DNA of 64,000 bases, taken from NCBI GenBank assembly GCA_020849665.1, contig JADLFX010000003.1:13896-77895 (forward strand). The letters are read 5' to 3'. The DNA comes from Planctomycetota bacterium (GTDB lineage: Bacteria > Planctomycetota > UBA1135 > UBA2386). This document shows positions 32,425-44,117 of this stretch, piece after piece; the first letter of the stretch is position 1, and every line of letters begins with the position of its first letter. Made by a program: the position numbers and the translations under genes. The notes under the pieces are model-generated. The model was not told the origin of the DNA. It searched no databases and saw only the letters and a program-made list of their open reading frames with translations.

Positions 32425-33545
32425 CAGGGCTCCAGGGTGGCCTCGGCCGGACGCGGGCCCGCGGCGGTGGCGTGCGCGGGCCACGTCCCGGTCCACGTCA
32501 CGACCTGCACGCCGGCGTCCCCGAGGAGGATCGTGTCCTCGCTCTTCGTGCCCGTGATCGAGGGGTTCCAGGCGAACGCCTGCCCGGCCGCCACGAGCTG
32601 CGGGCTCGTGGGCGTCGCCACGACCTCGCGCGGCGCGTAGCCGGCGATGCCGCCCTGGTGGTGGAAGCGCCACTCGTCCGGGAAGCCCTGCTCGGCGTAG
32701 GCGTGCTGGATCGCCGCGAACACGTCGGCGAGGCGCGCACCCGGCCGCGTAGCCGCGAGCGCTGCGGCGTCCACCTCGGCGACCGCGCGGGCGCGGCGGG
32801 CCACTTCGCCGGAGAGGGGCTGGAACCCCACCAGGCGGGTGGCCGAGACCACCAGACCGTGCCGCTCGGCGCAGAGCACCAGCATGGCGCGCCGGGTCAC
32901 GCGCTGGCCGGTGGGGATCGGGTGGCGGAAGCGCTCGATGCGCTGGTCGCCCGCCACCAGCGCGACCACCGCGCGCGCGCCGGTCGCACGGACGTTGTGT
33001 TCGAGGGCGCCGGCGATCTCGTGTTCGCTCTGCCCGGGGCGTACGCCGCGGGCGGCGGCCTCCAGCGCGCTCGCCGCGCTGAGGCCGAGGGCCCGCAGGC
33101 GCTCCCGTTCGACCGGCGTGAGCACGAGGCGCAGGGCCTGGAAGCGCGCCGCCGCGTCCGCGCCCAGCGGGTCCACTCCCGGCAGGAGCGACTCCGACGC
33201 GATGCGCCCCGCGCGGCGGCGGGCGAGCTCCGCCAGCAGCGCCTCCAGACCGTTCGTGGTCCAGGGGTGCACGAGGGGCGCCACCGGGACGTCGCCGAGT
33301 TCCTCCGCGCGCAGGCGCGGCATCTCGATGGCGTCGGCGGCCAGGATCCCGGTGCCGTCGCGCAGCACGGCGAAGAACGCGCAGGCGTCCTCGCTGTCGG
33401 CGCGCACGTGGCTGTCGGCGCCGTCCAGGATCCAGGCCAGCGGCCCCCGGCGCCGCAGCACCAGCGCATCCAGACCTTCGCCCGCCAGGAACTCGCCGCT
33501 GCGTGCCAGCTTGGTGCGGACCTCGGCCTCCCGCCCGGTCGTCAT
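32424..33545 (-). CDS. M24-family metallopeptidase (Xaa-Pro aminopeptidase / creatinase fold)
   Basis: 373 aa. It has an N-terminal creatinase-like region and a C-terminal pita-bread region, with GQSEHEIAGALEH, FHHQGGIAGYAPRE and AFAWNPSITGTKSEDTILL. Confidence 0.8.
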   Translation of the reverse strand: MTTGREAEVRTKLARSGEFLAGEGLDALVLRRRGPLAWILDGADSHVRADSEDACAFFAVLRDGTGILAADAIEMPRLRAEELGDVPVAPLVHPWTTNGLEALLAELARRRAGRIASESLLPGVDPLGADAAARFQALRLVLTPVERERLRALGLSAASALEAAARGVRPGQSEHEIAGALEHNVRATGARAVVALVAGDQRIERFRHPIPTGQRVTRRAMLVLCAERHGLVVSATRLVGFQPLSGEVARRARAVAEVDAAALAATRPGARLADVFAAIQHAYAEQGFPDEWRFHHQGGIAGYAPREVVATPTSPQLVAAGQAFAWNPSITGTKSEDTILLGDAGVQVVTWTGTWPAHATAAGPRPAEATLEP

Positions 33546-33633
33546 GGTTGCATTATGTGCGCGGCCGTCCTAACAATCCCGCGATGCGTCCGCCGTGTGC
33601 CACCGGTCCCGCCCGGCCTCCCAAGAGGTGGCG

Positions 33634-34356
33634 ATGAGGGCTTTGGTCCTGGCGGGTGGCCGCGGGTCCCGCCTCGGAGAGGTCACCGAGCACCTGCCCA
33701 AGTGCCTGCTGCGCGTGGGCGGCATGCCGATCCTGGACCGCACCCTGCGCTGGCTGGCCACGCAGGGCGTGCGCGAGGTCGCGATCCACGTCGAGCACCT
33801 GGCCGACCTCGTCGAGCGCCACGTCGGCACCGGCGGCCCGTTCGGCCTCCAGGTGCGCTGGGTGCGTACTCCGATGCCCTGCGGGAGCGCGGGCGCCGTG
33901 CGCGCGGCGGCGGAGTTCCTCGGCGCCGGGCCGATGCTCGTGGTGCACGGCGATCGCGTGCACGAGTGGGAGCTCGCGCGGCTGCTGCGCGACCACGAGC
34001 GCAACGAGGTGGTCGGCACCCTCGCCGTGTTCTCGGCGGAGAAGGACCCGGAGAGCGGCGTGGCGGGCGCGCGCGCCGAAGTGGACCGCAGCGGCCGCAT
34101 CCTGCGCATCACGGAGCGGACCGACGAGCCGCGGCTGCCCTGGCTCCTGGCTGGCGCGTATGCCCTGGATCCGGTGCTGCTCCAGCACATCCCCGGCGAC
34201 CAGCCCTTCCAGCTGGTGAAGGACCTGTTCCAGAAGGTCCTGCGCCTGCACGGCGTGCTCTGCGCCCACGAGATCCTCGGCCGGGTGGTGGGCGTCGACA
34301 CGCCGCAGGCGCACGCGCAGGCGCGGCGGAAGTACGAGGAAGGCGTCACTGGCTGA
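33634..34356 (+). CDS. Sugar-phosphate nucleotidyltransferase (NTP_transferase family)
   Basis: Internal ATG of track ORF 33595..34356: MRALVLAGGRGSRLGEVTEHLPKCLLRVGGMPILDRTLRWL, which carries the G-G-x-G-x-R-L signature. Confidence 0.85.
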   Translation: MRALVLAGGRGSRLGEVTEHLPKCLLRVGGMPILDRTLRWLATQGVREVAIHVEHLADLVERHVGTGGPFGLQVRWVRTPMPCGSAGAVRAAAEFLGAGPMLVVHGDRVHEWELARLLRDHERNEVVGTLAVFSAEKDPESGVAGARAEVDRSGRILRITERTDEPRLPWLLAGAYALDPVLLQHIPGDQPFQLVKDLFQKVLRLHGVLCAHEILGRVVGVDTPQAHAQARRKYEEGVTG

Positions 34357-34450
34357 GCGGCGCGCGCCGGCCCTGCGGGGGGCGGGGCGCGGGCCGTGCG
34401 GCGCGGTCCTTCTGGCGGCGTGGCGGGCGGGGTAACCTCTGCCGCCCCGC

Positions 34451-36186
<1,736 letters not shown>

Positions 36187-36190
<4 letters not shown>

Positions 36191-38970
36191 CCGAGACCGC
36201 ACCGATCCCGACCAAGACCCAGCGCGCGTCGACGCTCGTGCTCGACGGCGTCGAGGTCCCGTTCCAGGACGGCGAGAGCCTGTACCAGGTCGCGCAGCGG
36301 CACCGCAGCGAGGTGCCGACGCTGTGCTACGACCCGCGCCTCGATGCGTTCGGCGCGTGCCGGCTCTGCGTGGTGGAGGTGGAGGGGTTCCGCACGCCGG
36401 TGGCCTCGTGCACCACCAGGGCCGCGGCGGGGATGAAGGTCCGCACGCGCACCGATGCGCTGGAACAGCACCGCAAGACCCTGCTAGAGCTGGTCGCCTC
36501 GGAGAGCCGCGACTCGGGCGATGCGCACGGCAAGGGCACGCCGGGGCACGTCGACCCGCTGCGCGGCTACGCCAGCCAGGAGCTGGCCACGCTCACCGCC
36601 CGGTACGCGGTCGACGGCACCCGCTTCGCCGGCGCGCACTCGGGGCGCTCGCACCGCGAGGACGACAACCCGTTCCTCCTCCGCGACTACGACCTGTGCA
36701 TCTCGTGCTACCGCTGCGTGCGGGTGTGCGCCGAGCGCGAAGGGGACCACGCCATCTCGGTGGCGAATCGCGGCTTCCACACCCAGATCACCACCGAGTT
36801 CGGCGGCAAGCTCCTCGACTCGTCGTGCACGTTCTGCGGCCAGTGCGTGCAGACCTGTCCGACCGGCGCGCTGGCCGACCGCAAGGCGATGCGCAACGCC
36901 GGCCAGCCCGGTGAGCTGACCAAGACCCGCACCGTCTGCCCGTACTGCGGCGTGGGTTGCTCGGTCGACATCGTCACGCGGGGCGAACGCATCGTCGCGG
37001 TGCAGCCCGCGATGGACGGACCGGCCAACGAGGGGGCCCTGTGCGTGAAGGGCCAGTTCGCCTGGGACCATGTCCAGCACCCCGAGCGCCTGAAGACGCC
37101 GCTGGTGCGCGACGCGGCGGGCCGGCTGGTGCCCGCGAGCTGGGACGAGGCCCTCGGCCGGGCCGCGGCGGGCTTCGCCAAGGCGTTGCGCGAGCACGGC
37201 GACGAGTCGATCTACGCGATCGCGTCGGGGCGCGCCCCGCACGAATCGGCCTACACGATCCAGAAGCTGATCCGCGCCGCGGCGGGCACCAACTTCGTCG
37301 ACAACTGCTCGCGTGCTTGACACGCCCCGACGGTCGCCGGTCTGGCGGCCGCCATCGGCCGGGGTGCCATGTCGAATCCACTGCGCGACATGGACAAGCC
37401 CGAGACGATCTTCTGCATCGGCACCAACATGACCGAGTGCCACCCGGTCGCGGCCACGCGGATCAAGCGCGCGGTCGCCAAGGGTGCGCACCTGATCGTG
37501 GCGGACCCGCGCCGCATCCCGCTGGTCGAGTACGCGGAGCTCTATCTGCCGATCCGGGTCGGCTCCGACGTGGCGCTGCTCCTGGCCATGGCCCACGTGA
37601 TCGAGCGCGAAGGCCTGGTGGACGAGGAGTTCGTGGCCGCGCGTACGCAGGACTTCGCGGCGTTCCGCGAACACGTGCGGCGCTTCACGCCCGAGTGGGC
37701 CGAGTCCATCTGCCAGGTGCCGGCCGCCGACATCGCCCGGGCGGCGCGCCTCTACGGCGGCGCGTCGCGCGCCGCGATCTACTACACGCTCGGCATCACC
37801 GAGCACATCTGCGGCGTCGACAACGTGCAGAGCCTCTGCAACCTCGCGCTGATGACCGGCAACCTCGGCAAGGAGGGCGCGGGCATCAACCCCATGCGCG
37901 GGCAGAACAACATCCAGGGCGCGGGCGACTGCGGCGCGATCCCGGCCAACTTCCCCGGCTTCCAAGCCTGCGACGACCCCGCCAACGCGGCGAAGTTCGC
38001 GAAGCTCTACGGCCGGCCGATCCAGGCCAGGAAGGGCATCACCAAGGTGCACGCGCTCGAGCGCGCGACCGACGGGCGGATCCGCGCGATGCTGATCTGC
38101 GGCGAGAACACGGTGGTCTCGGATCCCGACCGGCACCACTGCGAGAAGGCCCTGAACAGCCTGGACCACCTCGTGGTGATCGACGTGTTCCCCACCGAGA
38201 CCACGGCCCTCGCCGACGTCGTGCTGCCGGCCACCGCCTGGGGCGAGACCGACGGGGTGTACACCAACACCGAGCGCCGTGTGCAGCGTGTGCGCGCCGC
38301 GGTGCCGCCGCAGGGCGAGGCGCGGCCGGACTGGTGGATCGTGTCGCAGATCGGCCGGCGCCTGGGCCTGCCGGGATTCGAGTACGAGGCGGCGCGGGAC
38401 GTGTTCGACGAGCTCTGCTCGGTGTCGCCGATCTACGCCGGACTCGACTGGGACCGGATCGAGGACGGCGCGTACCAGTGGCCCGTGCCCGACCGCAACC
38501 ACCCGGGGACGCCGATCCTGCACGTCGGCGAGTTCAAGAACGGGCGCGGCAGGTTCAACGTGATCTCGTACCGCGATCCCGCCGAGGTCGTCGACGCCGA
38601 GTACCCGGTGTGGCTCACGACGGGCCGGCGCCTGGAGGCGTACCACACCCGCACCATGTCCGGGCGCGCCGCGGGGATGGACTACCTCCTGAACGAGGAG
38701 ACGGTCGAGGTGCACCCGGACAACGTGCGCGCGTGGGGGCTCAGCGACGGCGGGTTCGCGCGCGTCACCAGCCGGCGTGGTTCGATCGTCGTGCGCGTGG
38801 AGGCCACGCCGCAGTCGCCGCGCGGCACGGTGTTCTGCTCGTTCTCGTTCGGCGACGTGCCGGTGAACGTGCTCACCGGCGGCGGCTACGACCCGGTGAC
38901 GACGACCGCCGAGCTGAAGGTCTGCCCGGTGCGCGTCGAGCCCTGCGCGGCGCCGGTGCCCACCGCCTGA
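36187..38970 (+). CDS. fdhA: Formate dehydrogenase catalytic subunit (NuoG-like Fe-S N-terminus plus molybdopterin domain) with selenocysteine at codon 378 (UGA 37318-37320)
   Basis: Track ORFs 35104..37320 (tail) and 37369..38970 share one frame. Read-through gives NFVDNCSRA-U-HAPTVAGLAAAIGRGAMSN, which matches the FdhF motif CARV-U-HGPSVAGL...GNGAMSN. The ATG at 36187 overlaps the stop of the NuoEF gene (ATGA). Confidence 0.9.
37332..37350 (+). promoter_or_regulatory. SECIS hairpin for the formate dehydrogenase UGA
   Basis: It starts 11 nt after the UGA. Stem GGUCGCC / GGCGGCC is 7 bp including one U-G pair. The apical loop is GGUCU. Folded by hand. Spacing and the GU-containing loop resemble the E. 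coli fdhF SECIS. Confidence 0.6.
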
Positions 38971-39004
38971 GGCGAAGCGTCGGGGGTGGGGTCCTGCGCC
39001 GCGC

Positions 39005-39214
39005 CTACTCCTTCACCAGGAGGACGTGCACGGCCTTGACGATCACCTTCACCCGGTCGCCGGCCTTCAGGCCCAGGCCCTGCACGGATTCGGTGGTCAG
39101 GACCGAGGCCATCCTGGCCGGCGCGATGACGTCGAGCTTGACCAGGGACATGACGTCGCCTGTCTGGACCGAGCTGACCGTGGCGAGGATCTCGTTGCGG
39201 GCGCCGTACTTCAT
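39005..39214 (-). CDS. Mop/TOBE-domain molybdate-binding protein (69 aa)
   Basis: C-terminal 69 codons of track ORF 39005..40411: MKYGARNEILATVSSVQTGDVMSLVKLDVIAPARMASVLTTESVQGLGLKAGDRVKVIVKAVHVLLVKE. The pattern (SARN-like ..G.V......G.v...V.l....), the size and the position next to a Mo enzyme fit a Mop protein. Confidence 0.8.
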   Translation of the reverse strand: MKYGARNEILATVSSVQTGDVMSLVKLDVIAPARMASVLTTESVQGLGLKAGDRVKVIVKAVHVLLVKE

Positions 39215-39413
39215 GGCCGGAGCTTGGTCCGTGTGGCGATCCCGGTCAAAGGCGAACCGCCTGCGGGGGGCAGGGCCGCGCGCCGGGCAGGCCAGGATTC
39301 CGGCCGGGAACGACCGCCTCGCCTTGCCCGACCCAGGTGTGCTCCTGGACGACGACCGGGTGGGCGTGCGCGAGTCGGGTCCGGCCCCCGTGCGGCCTCC
39401 GACCGAGGGGCGG

Positions 39414-39468
39414 CGCCTCCGGCTCGGGATGGGCGCAGGCGGGCCCGGGCCCCGCCGAGCCGGAGGCG
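39414..39468 (-). terminator. 14-bp perfect inverted repeat (CGCCTCCGGCTCGG ... CCGAGCCGGAGGCG) with a 27-nt loop, immediately 3' of the monooxygenase gene
   Basis: Read from the sequence. The arms are at 39414-39427 and 39455-39468. The loop itself contains GGGCCCGGGCCC. It sits 13 nt after the stop at 39481 on the minus strand. Confidence 0.4.
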
Positions 39469-39480
39469 GAACACCGCCGC

Positions 39481-40785
39481 CTACGGTGTCGGGGCCTTGC
39501 CCGCGGGCGTGCGGAACGCGGCCGGCAGGCGGCAGGTCAGGCCGATCTGTCCGAGCAGCGTCGCCAGGTCGCGGCCGGAGGCGGGGATGCAGGGCAGGAT
39601 CTGGTCCTTGTGCTCGGCCACCCACGGATCGGTGTTGGCGTCGCCGCGGAGCATCGGCTCCACGCCCAGGAGCCCACGCCACTCCGCGAGGCGCTCCTTG
39701 CCGTACTGCTCCAGGGGCTCGGTGCTCCCGCCGGGTTGGAGCGCCGCGGCGATCGCGTTGGCGAGGTCGCGGCCCTCGCGGAAGCCCACGTTCATGCTCT
39801 GGATCCCGGCCGGGCCGGTCAGGTGGCCGGCGTCGCCGACCAGCCAGGTGCGGCCCTTGCCGAACGACTCGGCGAGGCGGCGCTCGAAGCGCACCATCAT
39901 GCGCCAGCGCAGCCCGGACACGTTGCCGCGGAACCACGGCGCGCGTTCGCTCAGCAGGCTGCGCAGCCGCTCCTCGTTGAGCGAGGGGAAGAGGCCGGCG
40001 CCGACCTGGACGAAGTCGCGATCCTTCTCGCGGGTGTCCCAGTCGGGATCCTCCAGCGGCTTCTGGAAGCTCCAGCGGCACGCGCCGTCGGCCAACGGCC
40101 AGCACACGTTCGTGGTCCCTCCGGTCAGCACCAGGGGCATCTCGTCGCGCAGGTCGGCGTCGGTCTTGAACTCGAACACCGCGAACTCGTTGGCGTTGCC
40201 GACCGTGGGGAACTCGATGCCGGCGGCGCGGCGCACGTTGGAGAAGTGGCCGTCGGCCCCGATCACGAACGGCACGGTCAGGTGCTCGGTTCCGGACACG
40301 ACCCACTCGGTGTGCTGCACCGTGTAGCCGACGCTGTCCTTGCTCAGCTTCTCGATCGTCACGTCCATGCCCTTCTCGCGCGGCTCCAGGCGCACGGCCT
40401 CGTGGCTCCACGACACCTTCACCTTCTGCTTGGCGAGCGCCTCCTCGAGGATCCGCTCCAACGACTCCTGCGGCAGCACCGCCAGGAACGAGTGGTCCTC
40501 GGAGAGCCCCGAGATGCGCATCTCGGCCTTGCGTTGTGCGCCGTCGTACATGGCGATGGTGCGGATGCGTCGCGCGTGTTCCAGCACGCTGGCGAGGAGT
40601 CCGAGCTCCTCGAAGTAGCGCAGCGATTCCGCGTGCAGTGCGAGCGCATAGCTGCGGGTGCCGGTGCGCCAGTCCTTGTCGAGGATGCGGACGGGGATCC
40701 CTCGCTTGGTCAGGGTCAGCGCGGTGAAGAGCCCCACCGGGCCGGCACCAACGACGAGGACGTCGGGCTTGTTGCGGGCGAACAC
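39481..40785 (-). CDS. FAD-dependent aromatic-ring monooxygenase (UbiH/PheA-TfdB family)
   Basis: 434 aa. Motifs: DVLVVGAGPVGLFTALTLTKRGIPVRILDK (GxGxxG), GADGHFSNVRR, TWLVGDAGHLTGPAGIQSMNVGFREGRDLA. Confidence 0.9.
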   Translation of the reverse strand: MFARNKPDVLVVGAGPVGLFTALTLTKRGIPVRILDKDWRTGTRSYALALHAESLRYFEELGLLASVLEHARRIRTIAMYDGAQRKAEMRISGLSEDHSFLAVLPQESLERILEEALAKQKVKVSWSHEAVRLEPREKGMDVTIEKLSKDSVGYTVQHTEWVVSGTEHLTVPFVIGADGHFSNVRRAAGIEFPTVGNANEFAVFEFKTDADLRDEMPLVLTGGTTNVCWPLADGACRWSFQKPLEDPDWDTREKDRDFVQVGAGLFPSLNEERLRSLLSERAPWFRGNVSGLRWRMMVRFERRLAESFGKGRTWLVGDAGHLTGPAGIQSMNVGFREGRDLANAIAAALQPGGSTEPLEQYGKERLAEWRGLLGVEPMLRGDANTDPWVAEHKDQILPCIPASGRDLATLLGQIGLTCRLPAAFRTPAGKAPTP

Positions 40786-41068
40786 GAGTGCCTCCTCACG
40801 GTTGCGCGCGCACCCTCACCGTGCAGCACGAGCTGCGCCACCCGGCGGGCAGGCTGGAGAACCGCGTTTGGTCTGCCAGGGCCAACGGCGCTCGGGGCCC
40901 CGCCTTTCGCCCACCGGCAGCGCACGCAAGCGGCAGGTTGGCGGGCCGCATCCGCCGGCGACATCGGGCGGTCGGGCGAAACCCGGCGCCGGGACCCCCA
41001 TGGCCCTGGGCCGGCAGGACTTGCGAGGGCTCGCCGCGGCATCCGGCCGCGCCTAGATTGGGCCCACC

Positions 41069-42256
41069 GTGCGCCTCGTCCTCGCCGCCCTCCCGTTGCT
41101 CCTCTTCGCCGCGCCAGGCCTGGCCCAGCGCACGTGGATCGTCGACGCCGCCAATGGGCCGGGGACCGACTTCGCCGACCTTCCGCCGGCCGTCCAGGCC
41201 GCGAACCCGGGCGATCTGGTGCTGGTCCGCACGGGCACGTACTCCGCCTTCGTCACGGCCAAGGGGCTGCGGATCGTGGCCGTCGCCCCGGCGATCCTGG
41301 TCCCCGGCACCACGGGTCTCAACCTGGCGGTTGCGGGCCTGCCGTCCGGCCAGACCCTGGTGATCCATGGCTTCGAGGCGCCGCGCCGCCAGCCGCTGCG
41401 TGCCGAGATCGCCAACGCGGCCGGAACCGTGGTGCTCTCGGCGCTGCGCGCGGTGGAGACCTGCGGCTGCGGGCCGCTGCGGCAGAATCCGCCGTCGATC
41501 CAGATCACCGACTGCGCGCGCGTGATCCTCGACGCCTGCGTCGACTACGGCGGTCCCGCGGTGTCGGCCGCGCGATCGTCCGTGATCCTGACCCGCTGCC
41601 AGCTCGGCGTGCTCAGCCCGAGCGATCCGATGGGGGACTGCCTGCTCGTCGACGGAGGCACGGTCGAGGTCGTGGACAGCCGCCTCGACGGCCGCGCCGC
41701 CAGCGATGCCCAGGGGGTGCCGCAGCCCGCGGTGCGTGTCCTCGCCGGCAGCCTCGTGCTGCGGGGCACCAGCGCCGCATTCGTGCAGGGCGGCTACGAG
41801 GTCGCGCCGCAGAACCCCGCGCCGGCCATCCGCGCCACAGGTGGCGCACTGGTCCTCGATCCCGACGTGGCGCTCAACCCCCAGGCCGGGCAAGCGGTGG
41901 CCCTTTTCGTGCAGGGTGCGCAGGTGACCAGGCGCCAGCTCGGCGCGGCGCTGGTGCGCAGCGCCGGCCTCGGCGGCGTGCTCCAGGCCGAGCTGGTGGC
42001 CGTGCCCGGCGCGCCCGCCGGACTCCTGCTGGCGCTGCCGGGTGCGCCGCAGGTCCTGGCCTTCGGCACGCTGCACCTCGACCTCGGCGCCACGCTGCCG
42101 TTGGCGTTCGGCACGGCCTCGGCCGCGGGCCTCCTCGCTGGTGCGGTGCCGATCCCCGGCAGCCTGCCGCACGGCCTGGTCCTGGCCGTGCAGGGCGTGA
42201 GCGACCTGGGCGCCGGGTTGGAACTCTCCTCGCCGGCGCTGGTGCCGCTGCGCTAG
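41069..42256 (+). CDS. Secreted protein, probable right-handed parallel beta-helix, ending in the shared C-terminal module
   Basis: 395 aa with a GTG start. Signal peptide MRLVLAALPLLLFAAPGLAQ. The opening WIVDAANGPGTDFADLPPAVQAANPGDLVLVRTGTY is typical of pectate-lyase-fold proteins. It contains repetitive short beta-strand segments. Confidence 0.7.
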   Translation: MRLVLAALPLLLFAAPGLAQRTWIVDAANGPGTDFADLPPAVQAANPGDLVLVRTGTYSAFVTAKGLRIVAVAPAILVPGTTGLNLAVAGLPSGQTLVIHGFEAPRRQPLRAEIANAAGTVVLSALRAVETCGCGPLRQNPPSIQITDCARVILDACVDYGGPAVSAARSSVILTRCQLGVLSPSDPMGDCLLVDGGTVEVVDSRLDGRAASDAQGVPQPAVRVLAGSLVLRGTSAAFVQGGYEVAPQNPAPAIRATGGALVLDPDVALNPQAGQAVALFVQGAQVTRRQLGAALVRSAGLGGVLQAELVAVPGAPAGLLLALPGAPQVLAFGTLHLDLGATLPLAFGTASAAGLLAGAVPIPGSLPHGLVLAVQGVSDLGAGLELSSPALVPLR

Positions 42257-42288
42257 GTCCGGGTCGCCGTGCGGCGACCTCGGCTCGT

Positions 42289-42831
42289 TCAGACCCCCGC
42301 CGGCTCCGGCTTGGGACTGCCCCAGGAGAGGCCGGCCAGCGAATCCCCGCCCTCGCGCGCGGGCGCGGCTTCCGCGCCGTCGGCTGCGGCGGGTTCCTCC
42401 GCCGCGGAGGGCTCCCAGCCCATGTCGATGCGTCCCTTGAAGCGCGCGTCCTCCGCCAGCACCACGCGTCCGGCGCGGATGTCGCCCACCAGCGAACCGG
42501 TGGCGGTCACCTCCACCCGGTCCTCCGCCGTGACGTCGCCGACCACCTCGCCGGCGATCACCACGCAGCGGGCCCGCACTTCAGCCCGCACGAGGCCGCC
42601 GCTGCCGATCGTGAGCGTGTGGCCGCTCAGGTCGATGCGGCCCTCGAAGCGTCCGTCGATGCGCACGTCCTCGCTGCCGCTGAGATCGCCCCGGAACTGC
42701 AGTCCGGCGCCCAGGGTCGGGACCGCCGAGGACGGCTCGAGTGCCGGCGCGGACTCGACCGGCATCGCTTGTTCCATCGCGGCCATCGGCTGCGGCCGCA
42801 TCACCTCTTCCTTGCGCTTGCTCCAGCCCAT
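42289..42831 (-). CDS. Bactofilin-family cytoskeletal protein
   Basis: Internal ATG of track ORF 42289..44055: MGWSKRKEEV... This is followed by the beta-helical repeat LQFRGDLSGSEDVRIDGRFEGRIDLSGHTLTIGSGGLVRAEVRARCVVIAGEVVGDVTAEDRVEVTATGSLVGDIRAGRVVLAEDARFKGRIDM. Confidence 0.85.
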   Translation of the reverse strand: MGWSKRKEEVMRPQPMAAMEQAMPVESAPALEPSSAVPTLGAGLQFRGDLSGSEDVRIDGRFEGRIDLSGHTLTIGSGGLVRAEVRARCVVIAGEVVGDVTAEDRVEVTATGSLVGDIRAGRVVLAEDARFKGRIDMGWEPSAAEEPAAADGAEAAPAREGGDSLAGLSWGSPKPEPAGV

Positions 42832-42960
42832 CCTCCCCTCCAGCTCCCCCACGCGCTGGATCCAGGTGTGCAGTGGCGCAGCCGCGTGGCTTCTGCGCCG
42901 CCTGGATTGCCGGGGACCTATCGGTCGTGCGCACGGGTCTCTTCGTGGTGGGGCGGTGCC

Positions 42961-44076
42961 ATGGCTCGGAACGGGAACGCGCTGCGACGGGCGGCGCGCG
43001 AGGGCGCCCTTCGCAGGGCCGGCTCGGCGCAGTCCCGGAACCGGGCAACCTCGCCCGTCGGCGGCGCCTGCCCTAGGCTCTGGGCGTTGACCCGGTTCCC
43101 CGCCACCTTCGCGATCCCCTGCCGCGACGCCGGCCCGCACCTGCGGCCGCTCCTCGAGTCCCTGCTCGCGCAGACCCGCCAGGATTTCGCCCTGCTGCTG
43201 GTGGACGACGGTTCGCGCGATGGCTCGGCGGAGGTGGCGCGCGCGGTCGCCGGGGAGCGGATCGAGATCCACCGCAACCGCGCGCCGCTGGGCATGGGCG
43301 CCAACTGGAACCGCTGCGCGGAGCTGGTGCGCACGCCGTACTTCTGCCTCGCGCACCAGGACGACCGCTATGCCGACCGCTACCTGGAACGGATGCTGGC
43401 CGCCCTGGAGCGGCACCCCGAGACGGGCCTCGCGCACTGCAAGGCGTGGACTCTCGACCCCGAGGGGCGTCGCGGCCTGGGCCGGGCCGAGCGCTACAAG
43501 GAACGGTTCTGGGCCCGGGACCCGGGGCCGGATCCGGGGGCGCACTTCGCGCTCCTCCTGCGCGGCAACTACGTGATCTGCCCCTCGGTGCTCTACCGCA
43601 CCGACGTCTTCCGAGCCGCCGGCGGGTTCCGCACCGACCTGCGCTTCGCGCTCGACTGGGAACTCTGGTTCCGCCTCCTCGGCATGGGGCACGCCCCCCG
43701 GGGCGTGCCGGAACGGCTCCTCGGCTACCGTCGCCACGCGGCGTCGGCCACCGCCGAGGCGGGCGCGGGCGTGGCGCGCTGGTCGGAGGAACAGGCGGTC
43801 CTGGAGGGGGCGATCGCGCTGGGCCGGGCCCGCGGCTGGCTGCCGGCGGGGCGGCCACCGCTCCAGGCGCTGCGCAACTCGGTCCTGCACGAATTCGGCG
43901 TCGCGGTGGCGCGTGGCGACTCCGGCGGGGCCGAGACCGCGCTGCGCTTCCTGCGCGAGCGGGTCCCGGCTCTGCTCCTGGATCCCATGGTGCGCGTGGC
44001 CACGCGGCTGGCCCGTCTGGGGCCGCCGGGGCGCGCGGCGCTGCGCCTCCTGCACGCACTCGCCGTGCGCGTGTAG
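42961..44076 (+). CDS. Glycosyltransferase family 2
   Basis: Tail of the 1579-aa track ORF 39337..44076. Motifs: FPATFAIPCRDAGPHLRPLLESLLAQTRQDFALLLVDDGSRDGS, CLAHQDDRY. The start is either ATG 42961 or TTG 43087. Confidence 0.8.
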   Translation: MARNGNALRRAAREGALRRAGSAQSRNRATSPVGGACPRLWALTRFPATFAIPCRDAGPHLRPLLESLLAQTRQDFALLLVDDGSRDGSAEVARAVAGERIEIHRNRAPLGMGANWNRCAELVRTPYFCLAHQDDRYADRYLERMLAALERHPETGLAHCKAWTLDPEGRRGLGRAERYKERFWARDPGPDPGAHFALLLRGNYVICPSVLYRTDVFRAAGGFRTDLRFALDWELWFRLLGMGHAPRGVPERLLGYRRHAASATAEAGAGVARWSEEQAVLEGAIALGRARGWLPAGRPPLQALRNSVLHEFGVAVARGDSGGAETALRFLRERVPALLLDPMVRVATRLARLGPPGRAALRLLHALAVRV

Positions 44077-44117
44077 CCGTGCGGGCGCGCCAGTAGCATC
44101 CGCCGGACGATCCCCCC

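Noticed and set aside
39337-44076. 1579-aa plus-strand ORF, the longest in the track
   Set aside because: Only its last roughly 370 codons (GT2, from 42961 or 43087) look like protein. The rest is Arg/Gly/Ala/Pro-rich. It overlaps convincingly homologous genes on the other strand or in other frames (FAD monooxygenase 39481-40785, beta-helix protein 41069-42256, bactofilin 42289-42831). It is a typical stop-free off-frame run in very GC-rich DNA.
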